Assembly (NCBI GenBank): GCA_964016885.1
Contig: OZ024747.1
Location: 53,878,001-53,942,000, forward strand
Origin: Eledone cirrhosa
Taxonomy: Eukaryota
DNA: 64,000 nt
Reading direction: 5' to 3'
Made by a program: the position numbers and the translations under genes. The first letter of the stretch is position 1; every line of letters starts with the position of its first letter. Below, piece after piece: positions 54,280-64,000 of the stretch. The notes under the pieces are model-generated. The model did not search any database. It was given only the letters and a program-made list of their open reading frames with translations, and was not told the DNA's origin.

Positions 54280-55424
54280 TCATCGGCAAAGAGGAGAGTC
54301 TGATCAGTTGCTCCAGGATCTTCGTGTGGGTCTCTAGCCGACGAAGATTAAACAGGCTGCCATTAAGACTGTATCTGATGTAGACCCCGTCCTCATCATC
54401 AAGATCTTCTGTGATCTGCTTGAGCACCATACAGAAGAAAATGGGGAAGAGAGTCGTTGTCAGGATGCAACCTTGCTTCACTCCCTTGATGACCGGGAAC
54501 GGCTCTGAAAGGTCACTGTTGGGTCTGACCTGGCCACGTTGTGGTAACGGGATTACCATGTTCAGGAACGTTGGTGCTTTGGGGGACAACCGTGTCATTC
54601 AATGATCTGTCATATTTCTGTTCTGCGCCAACCTATATCTCAGGAAGAGTACCCCCTTACCTCACCATTGGCGAGACCAAAGTGAAAACAGTCCATCTGT
54701 TCACCTACCTGGGGTACACCATCGCATCAGATGCCAAGATCGACAGGGATATCGCCAACAGACTGGCAGACTACAAACGCGTGGGAAACGATAAATACCC
54801 GTAGAAGGGTACCACGATCGGTATGTACAGTGCCTTAGTCCTTACCACTCTCCTATATGGTTGAGAGTCGTGAGTGACTTATCACAACTTCCTTCCATTA
54901 CTCAAGGGATTCCACCAGCGCTGCCTCAGCACCACCCAATCAATATCCACTGGGGTGATTTTGTTACCAATGCTGAAGAACTGAACGGGTGGAGGTCACC
55001 AGCTTCGTGACCATGATGCTAAAGTCCCAACTATGCTGGTCAGGGCACGTCTCAAGGATTATTGCCTGTTCAGGATCGCGCTATACGGTGCACTCCAAAC
55101 CTACCATCGCGATAGGGAAGCACCAAGGAAGCAATATAAGGACAGTTTTTGAAGAAATCCCTTAGTGTCTGTCACATGAACCATCGCCAATGGTCCTCCA
55201 CTGTTGAGAACCATGACACCTGGCATCTTACCATCAACCATGGTGTCTCCCGCCTCAAAAACACCCGCAGGGCCACCCTCAAGAACAAATGGCACTGGTG
55301 GAAGAACCACAAATACAAGTCATCAAGCCCTGACCAGACCTTAAGCTGTAGTCTCGCACGCGCATGCCTGCAGCCAGCGTGGACCACCCACTTCACAATC
55401 TTCGTTCGCGAAGCCAAGCCATGA

Positions 55425-55428
<4 letters not shown>
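54280..55428. mobile_element. RTE/BovB-like LINE with a 5' inversion
   Basis: Minus 54280-54600: GVKQGCIL..GSLFNLRRL..LLFADD; plus 54630-55428: FTYLG..DAKIDRDIANRLA through to the tail cgaagccaagccatgatgat. Confidence 0.9.
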
Positions 55429-55516
<88 letters not shown>

Positions 55517-55571
55517 GTATGTGTGTGTGTGTGTCTGTGTCTGTGTATATCTATATGTGTGTCTGCGTATG

Positions 55572-55631
<60 letters not shown>

Positions 55632-55685
55632 CGTATGTGTGTGTGTGTCTGTGTCTGTGTATATCTATATGTGTGTCTGCGTATG

Positions 55686-55733
<48 letters not shown>

Positions 55734-55736
<3 letters not shown>

Positions 55737-55917
55737 CAAAGGAATTGTGGTAAGGAACCAGATGGACCATAACGCACCAGAGTACTCAATACTTAGGGTA
55801 GTAGAGTGGGAAATGGGGAAAAGTATGACTCCGACGGCAGAGCTCAAGCCGTTTCGACAGTAGTCCAGAAATAGCCGTCGAAACGGCTTGAGCTCTGCCG
55901 TCGGGGTCATACTTTTT

Positions 55918-55920
<3 letters not shown>
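55734..55920. mobile_element. Family B foldback
   Basis: ggaaaagtatgactccgacggcagagctcaagccgtttcgac ... gtcgaaacggcttgagctctgccgtcggggtcatactttttcc. Confidence 0.85.
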
Positions 55921-55962
<42 letters not shown>

Positions 55963-55965
55963 TGA

Positions 55966-56001
<36 letters not shown>

Positions 56002-56030
56002 GTGAATATATATATATATACTGTATATAT

Positions 56031-56075
<45 letters not shown>

Positions 56076-56119
56076 TCTGAGAGTATGTATATGTACATAC
56101 ATACACACATGTATATATG

Positions 56120-56161
<42 letters not shown>

Positions 56162-56247
56162 GTGTGTATGTATGTACTTATATATACATATACATACATG
56201 TGTGTTTATGTATACATATATTCATATAAATAAATATATATATATAC

Positions 56248-56305
<58 letters not shown>

Positions 56306-57047
56306 GGGTGTCATTCTCTGTACATTTTTTGAGATGAAAACAAAGAGAAAACGTGCCAGTGAGTCTGGGAACAGTCAAACACAAAACGCCATATTGTCAA
56401 TTCCTGTCTCCCAAACCACTCCACGCACATCCTTACACACATACACACACACACACATGTATATATACACACACACACATATATATATACAAATACACAC
56501 ACATACACATACACACATATGTATATACAAATACACATACATTCCTCATCATCATCATCACCATCAGGTATATAAATCTTTATTTTCCCCATGTCTGTCT
56601 GTCTGTCTATCCCCTCTCTCTCTTTCTTCGTATCTTTTAGTCGCTCTCTCCCCCTCTCTCTCCCCCTCTCTCTCTCCCCCTCTCTATCTCTTTGAATATT
56701 TTAGTCTCTTTCTCTCTCTCTCCTTCATGCTCTCCCTTTGTTTTAATCTCTTACAGAGATATTGGTAGATCCTGAATATTTATTCAGTCACCAGTGTGTG
56801 GCTGGTGAGGAAGATGGAAGAAAAAATATATTTCTATATAAAATCATTTACATTTTTAGATATCAAATAACGGAGTAATATCCCAGCCCTGGCCCACACC
56901 ACTTAGATATCATAGTAAGTTGATACGATTCAGATATACCACACACCCCTCCGCCCGCTAAACTTCCACCTCTCACGTGAAAATTTCGTTGATGTTCTTC
57001 TTTTTATTGTTGGGTTCTTATGACATTTTGTCATAGCATGGTAAAGT

Positions 57048-58605
57048 TGTGTTGGTGGTGGTGGTGTTTATAGTGGTGGTGGTGGTGGTGGTGGTGTAGG
57101 TGGTGGTGGTGGTGGGTGTAGTGGTGGTGGTGGTGGTGTAGGTGGTGATGGTGGTGGTGGATGTAGTGGTGGTGGTGGTGGATATAGTGGTGTTTGTAGT
57201 GGGTGTAGTGGTGGTGGTGGTGGTGGATGTAGTGGTGGTGGTGGTGGTGGTGTAGGTGGTGGTGGTGGTGGTGGATGTAGTGGTGGTGGTGGTGGATGTA
57301 GTGGTGGTGGTGGTGGATGTAGTGGTGTTGGTAGTGGGGGTGGTGGTGGGTGTAGTGGGGGTGGTGGTGGGGGTGTAGGTGGTGGTGGTGGATGTAGTGG
57401 TGTTTGTAGTGGGGGTGGTGGTGGATGTAGTGGTGGTGGTGGTGGTGGATATAGTGGTGTTTGTAGTGGGTGTAGTGGTGGTGGTGGTGGTGGATATAGT
57501 GGTGGTGGTGGTGGATGTAGTGGTGGTGGTGGTGGATGTAGTGGTGGTGCTGGTGGTGGTGGTGTAGGTGGTGGTGGTGGTGGTGGATGTAGTGGTGTTG
57601 GTGGTGGTGGTGGTGTAGGTGGTGGTGGTGGTGGTGGTGGATGTAGTGGTGTTTGTAGTGGTGGTGGATGTAGTGGTGGTGGTGGTGATGGATGTAGCGG
57701 TGTTTGTAGTGGTGGCGGTGGTGGATGTAGTGGTGGTGGTGGTGGTGGATGTGGTGGTGTTGGTAGTGGTGGTGGTGGTGGGTGTAGTGGTGGTGGTGGT
57801 GGTGGATGTAGTGGTGTTGGTGGTGGTGTAGGTGGTGGTGGGTGTAGTGGTGGTGGTAGTGGATGTAGTGGTGGTGGTAGTGGTGGTGGGTGTAGTGGTG
57901 GTGGTGGATGTAGTGGTGTTTTTAGTGGTGGTGGTGGTGGGTGTAGTGGTGGTGGTGGTGGATGTAGTGGTGGTGGTGGTGGTGGATGTAGTGGTGTTGG
58001 TATTGGTAGTGGTGGTAGTGGTGGGGGTGGTGTTGGTGGTAGTGGTGGTGGCAGTGGCAGTGAGGGATGTAGTGGGGGTTGTGATAGTGGTAGTGGTGGA
58101 TGTAGTGGCATTCTTCATCGTGGTTGTGCTGCTGGTGGTGTTGGTAGTGATTGAGGTGGTGGTGGTTGTGATGTGGTAGTGGTAGCGCTTGTGGTGGTGG
58201 TATTGGTGGTATTAGTGTTGGTGGTGGTGATGGTTATGTTGGTGGGTGGGTTGGTGGTGTTGGTGATTGTGGTGGTGGTGTTTTGTTATGGTAGCAGTTG
58301 TGGTGATAGTGGTGGTAGTAATGGTGGTGGTTATGGCGCTGTTGGTGGTAGTGGTCGTGGTGTTAGTGGTGGTGGTGGTGGTTTTGATGGTGATGGTGGT
58401 GGTGGTGGAGGTGGTTTTGATGGTGATGGTGGTAGTGGTGTCGGAGGTGGTGGTGTTGGTGGTATTTTTGATGGTGATGGTGGTGGTGCTGTTTGTGGTG
58501 GTGATTGTGGTGGTAGTGGTTTTGATGGTGATGGTGATGGTGGCTGTGGTGTTGGAGGTGATGGTACTGGTACTTTGGATGGTGGTGTTGGTGGTGGTGT
58601 GGTCG
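57048..58605. repeat. Compound (GGT)n low-complexity tract
   Basis: Direct reading; gives poly-Thr, poly-Pro, poly-Val and Gly-rich frames. Confidence 0.95.
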
Positions 58606-59595
58606 CTATTGGGAATGATGCTGATATTAGTTTGAAAATGAAAGCGAATCTTTGTTGGCTAAATGTTTTTCTTGTTAGTTTGTGATGTGTTTATTGACGG
58701 CGATGTTGTTTTTGTTTTAATGATGTCAGGGTTGAGGTATTGTGTGAGGTATTGGAAGTGGACCAGCTATCTATATTTCATATTGTTCACTGATATTGCT
58801 AATAATCATATTCATCTCCCTCTCTCTATCTGTCTGTGTGCCTCACTCTCTTTCTCTCCCCCCCCCCCCATATCTCTCTCTCTCTATATATATATATACA
58901 CACACACACACACATATATATATATGGATACACACACACACACATACACACACACATATATATATTTATAATAATTTTCTTGACATTGGCTTCAACGTTT
59001 CGCCTGTCAAGGCTCACGAAAATGTTCACCCACTTTCCCTTTCTCCCTTTCTCCCTTTTGAGAGTGAGGAATTGGGTAAAATAAAGGGCGAAGAAAAAAA
59101 TGAAACTAGTTTTCTTTATTTTCTTATATTTCCTGATATTTTGATATCATGACTCACTTTTCAAAGGAAATGAAATTGATACATTTAAAAAGTGTTAGTC
59201 TTTGAGGTTTTATTTGGCCGAAACCTATCCCCATCTCATAAGTTTGAAACAGCTATAAGTACATATGACTCTCTTGGGCAGGACACCAATATGTCCCTGA
59301 ATTAACCATTGGCTGCTTCTAATTATTTTCAGGTGAGTTGAAAGGAGCAATGTGAAATGGAGTATCTTGCTCAAGGACAGGATGTAGCGCCCGGTCATTG
59401 AATTTTTCCATGACCTTACATCTATGAGCCCAACTCACTCACCAGCAGTGCCTTACATGAGTAGGTATGTATATAAATATGTATGTATATGCGTACGTAC
59501 GTATGTATGTACGTATCGATGTATATATATGCATGTAAGTATGTATGTGTATAAATATATATGTATATGGGCACGTACGTATGTATGTACGTATC

Positions 59596-59675
<80 letters not shown>

Positions 59676-59938
59676 GTTACAAAACTCAGAGAAGTCTCTT
59701 ACAATTAAATAGCTCTAAGAAAAAAGCTTTTCCGAGCCGTGTAATATAATTGAATAAACAAGAGAGATCAACATACATGGGTTCGAATACACTAATATAA
59801 ACATACATGGGTTCGAATCGTAAAGACTAGGTTAGCTAGGGTGAAAAAATACTAACTACAGCAATATGGTTTGTCAGACTTAATTTTAAGTAGTAAATTA
59901 AGAAAAAATAACAGACCTATATCGGGCAATAGCCTGGT

Positions 59939-60020
59939 AACAACTAGACAGTTTTGAAAACTGTTTCGCAACATCTTATTAAGTGAAGTCAACACGTTGC
60001 TCTGCTCCTCAGTAGTTGTT
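59939..60020 (-). ncRNA. Type I hammerhead ribozyme motif
   Basis: AACAACTA CTGAGGA gca...tgc GAAA CAGTTT tca AAACTG TC TAGTTGTT; perfect 8-bp stem I, GUC site. Confidence 0.9.
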
Positions 60021-60237
60021 GAGAAATTAGCGATCCTTCCACTTCTAAAAATATTACAAGACTGAATTGTGTGCGATATGAAATAGCGCACGTGTCGGCT
60101 CCATCACGTGGAGCTAATTTTAATGTCTTGTGAACCAGACTGTTATTTTTAGCGACATGGAGACACGTGCGCTATTTCATATTGCACACAATTCAGTCTC
60201 CTAATATTTTTAGAAGTGGAGGGATCGCTAATTTCTC

Positions 60238-60319
60238 AACAGCTACTGAGGAGCCGAGAAACGTGTTGACTTCACTTAATAAGATGTTGCGAAACAGTTT
60301 TCAAAACTGTCTAGTTGTT
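60238..60319 (+). ncRNA. Type I hammerhead ribozyme motif
   Basis: AACAGCTA CTGAGGA (60246-60252) gc...gc GAAA (60291) CAGTTTTCAAAACTG TC TAGTTGTT; predicted cleavage after 60311. Confidence 0.9.
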
Positions 60320-60550
60320 ACCAGGCTATTGCCCGATATAGGTCTGTTATGCTACTTAAAATTAAGTCTGACAAACCATATTCTTGTAGTTAGTATTTTT
60401 TCACCCTAGCTAACCTAGTCCTTACGATTCGAACACACGTATGTTTATATTAGTGTTCATCTCTCTTGTTTATTCAATTATATATATATACATGTAAGTA
60501 TGTATGTATATATGTATGTACGTATGTATGTATGTATGTATGTATGTATG

Positions 60551-60581
<31 letters not shown>

Positions 60582-60625
60582 GTATGTATGTATGTATGTA
60601 TGTATGTATGTATGTATGTATGTAT

Positions 60626-61232
60626 GTCAGGTCACCAGCTGGTGCTACTAGTAACATGTATCCCAGTACAACCTGTCTCATGGTCGGATCGTTGGCGACT
60701 AAACTGGCAGCCCCACCAAGGTTTCTTGGTGAGGAGGGTGACTTTGGACATCCTGCAGGACTAAAAACAAAACCTGTCAAAGGGCAAAGGAGCTCTTAAG
60801 AGTCAATGGCCATCCAAAATAACCGGGAGAGATGACCCCTTAGCCTTTGTCAAGGCAGAATTCTAGGAGAAGGAAAACTCTGATATAACACCTGCAACCC
60901 TGATGGTATCCAATGATGTTGACTTGTTCTTCTTTTTGGTAAATATCATCTTGGTTAAGAGAGTGGGACTGGCTTTGTGCAGTGCCTTTGCTCACTATAA
61001 AAGCTTCACGGCACAGGCATTGCTTTATATCTGGAGATCTCTCTGCACTTGTCGTCACATGGTACCATGGGTCCAGCACTATGTGTCAATAATTGTCACA
61101 AGTGTAGTGTTTGTACCAGAGTTTTCAAGTCGCTGGCTGGACTAAAAAGTCACACTCGTTCAGTGCATCGGTAGGGGTTCTACATGGATATAAAGTAGTG
61201 GCCGTACTCGAAAACGAGTTGGCAGCCACCAT
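60626..61232 (+). mobile_element. Non-autonomous element resembling an RTE 5' UTR, in (TATG)n, copy 1
   Basis: Shares its 5' 400 bp and 3' tip with 61371-61910; ctaggagaaggaaaactc motif. Confidence 0.7.
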
Positions 61233-61370
61233 GTATATATATATGTATATATATATATGCATGCATGTACGTATGTATGTGCGTACGTATGTTTGTAGGT
61301 GTGGATGTGTGTATACATGCATGCATCTATGTATGCATGTGTATATGTATCTATGTATGTATGTACGTAT

Positions 61371-61910
61371 GTCGGGTCACTCTTGAGTGCTACTGGTAAC
61401 ATGTAACCCAGTACAACCTGTCGCATGGTCGGGTCGTCGGCGACTAAACCGGCAACCCCACCAAGTTTACTTGATGAGGAGGGTGATTTTCGACACCCTG
61501 CAGGACAAAAAACAAAACCTGACAAAGGGCAGAAGAACTCACAAGAGTCAACAGCCATCCAAAAGTGTGTAAATATGTATATAGACATGTAACGCGCGGT
61601 TAAACCACTGGGAGTGAAGGACCCCTAGCCTTTGTCAGGGCATTCTTCTAGGAGAAGGCAACTCAAGAAACTGGGATAACTCCGATATAAAACCTGCAGC
61701 TCAGTAGTTACCGATGATGTTGATCTTTTCTTCTTTTCGGGTTATACCTACTGTCGCTCAGAGAGTGGGATTGGCTCAGTGCACAGTCTTTCCTCACTTT
61801 AAAAAATATCTTCAGGCACAGGCATTGCACGTTAGAATTAATTGATAATTATTAATAATGGTATATCGTGCAATGGCCATACTCGATAACGAGGGGACAG
61901 CCATCGTGAT
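61371..61910 (+). mobile_element. Same element, copy 2 (internally rearranged)
   Basis: gtcgggtcac...ggcgactaaaccggc...gacccctagcctttgtca...ggccatactcgataacgag. Confidence 0.7.
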
Positions 61911-63737
61911 GTACGTATGTATGTATGTTTGTATATATGTACGTATGTATCTATGTATATATATGTATGTATGTATGTTTAACCTAATGTAAACCATATA
62001 TCGATGTGAAAGTCCATGAAGAAAATATTACATTAATCACAAGATCCAGTCCGATAAATCCTACTAAGTAGAATGTAGTTTGTAAACACATTTTAAACAA
62101 CATCAACGATAAATTTAGAAAAGTACGTCATTGAAATAGCAATAATCCGAAACCGACTGATTGAATAGTATCTAGAACAACAGGATGTGAGTGTTCAGTT
62201 AATTCAGCATCTTTGAATCTAACTGTCTTCTTCGAGCTCCATTCTAACTAAGATATTCTAATTTGAAACAAAACATTGCCACACAAGAAGCACTAATTTT
62301 GACATAATACAGCATATATAAATGTCTTTCTAATTTAGTGATGTTTTATCATGAGTGAAAAAATCACATCCAGATGAGGAAGGTCAGCTTATGGAATTGT
62401 AAATGCTAGATACACTAAAACAAATTTCGAAACTTTAAATAAGGACTGCATAGTGACGAGGGCGTTGCACCCTCACCTCATAGAAATTGTCATATGTTTT
62501 GGCAATTATAAAACACCTTATTATATTTAAGAGTTCAATATTAATAATGTAGTTAACCATAGTCCCAAATATAACATAAATTATATAAAATGCGCATGTG
62601 AAACTAATGTAGATAAATAAAGTTTCTAATCAGAATCTCATCTCAATATAATTTATGAAAAAGATGAGTTTGCAATATATTTAGAAAAAATCAAATATAT
62701 CCTTAGATATGGCAACTGCTTACGAAACTGCCAGTTCTTTAAATAAAGCAGTATAACAAAAAAAAACTATGTTTAAAGAAAAACAAATTAGCCCCTTACC
62801 TAAGCGTGAGCAATATGGACATAGATATAGATAATGTCAAATCCCCTGGTTCAAACGACATTTCGAAAAATATATAATCGAATATTACTAAAAACATTGC
62901 ACAAGCACAAGATGGTCTTTCACAGACATCAACAAGTATAAACCTTTTAATAAGAAAACGAACCTAGCTACAGCTAAGAATCTCAGTAGTGTAAAGAATA
63001 TTCCTCAAAAGGTTAATTAAGATAATATCATTGGAACCGAAAATGATATGTGTCAAAACTAGACTTTACTATAAAATATTTCACTACTGCCAACTATGTG
63101 CTACTGATAAATGACATATGAACACACCACATCCTTTAGTAAATATAGCAAAGTAATGCCAACTAGGCGCCGTAAATAAATGTCATATAATAACCAAAGT
63201 AAATTGATATTAAGCAATATAATGTCCAAATATTGCCACGAGAACAAATTATAGCCACAAAGAAGCAATACCTTAATATTTGTCACTGATCTCTTCACTG
63301 GTCTTGACCAGTAATAGTAGTAGTAGTAGTAGTAGTAGTAGTAGAGGATTGCTTAGCCACAGGTTAACCCCGAACGAGTTCTTCAAGAAGAATAACTAAT
63401 ATAGCTTTTATTTTTTTAGGTCTGTGACAGAGATTTGGGTTTTATTTCTAGCAGGTCAGTCAACCACATAGGAGCTTTCTCATTGTCTCATCTCCTCCAT
63501 AGAGAGGGGGTTGAAGAGGGTCAACTAGTTAAGTGGATTGACAGTGAAAGAGAGAACTTATAACACAAAAGAAATACACTCTCTTTCATACACACATAAA
63601 AGCATACACACATACACACAAGCACGCACATACATATATTTAGAGCGAGAGAGGGAGAGATAGAGAGAGAGAGAGAGAAGAAAAAGAGTAAAAATAGTTT
63701 GCTTGTGTGTGTGTAAGAGAGAGAGAGAGATAGAGAG

Positions 63738-63776
<39 letters not shown>

Positions 63777-63875
63777 GAGAGGGAGAGAGAGAGAGTATAT
63801 TATCATCAATCACAATCATCATCATCAATGTTTTAATGTTTAATCGTCATCACATTATAGTTTAGAGATATGATT

Positions 63876-63945
<70 letters not shown>

Positions 63946-64000
63946 ATGTATATATATATATATGTGTGTGCGTGTGTGTTTGCGTGTGTATGGATGTACA

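Larger units (their letters stand above)
59671..60482. mobile_element. Family H2 foldback with arms of about 330 bp and two hammerheads
   Basis: 59745-60096 is inverted relative to 60162-60482; TA runs on both flanks. Confidence 0.9.

Noticed and set aside
59852-60409. Mirror-image 79-aa and 80-aa ORFs as a gene pair
   Set aside because: They are a consequence of the inverted repeat, have GTG starts and resemble no protein I recognise.

Overview
AT-rich, microsatellite-saturated animal DNA. The SINE/RTE repertoire suggests an octopod cephalopod (inference), and the window looks intronic or intergenic. I see no intact protein-coding gene: nearly all ORFs in the track are translations of (TA)n, (CA)n, (GGT)n or minisatellites. 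Recognisable content includes two tRNA-derived SINE families, decayed RTE/BovB-like LINEs, an RLE-type (HERO/NeSL-like) remnant, a probable Helitron helicase remnant, MITEs, five minisatellites and two Penelope-like (PLE) GIY-YIG remnants. The main unexplained structure is a set of about nine unrelated families of short (150-800 bp) modules inserted in (TA)n tracts. Most carry type I hammerhead ribozyme motifs (stem I-CTGANGA-stem II-GAAA-stem III-NTH-stem I). Many are built as head-to-head foldbacks with the 3' ends pointing outward into TA, and they stack in clusters. Coordinates were read by eye and may be off by a few bases.
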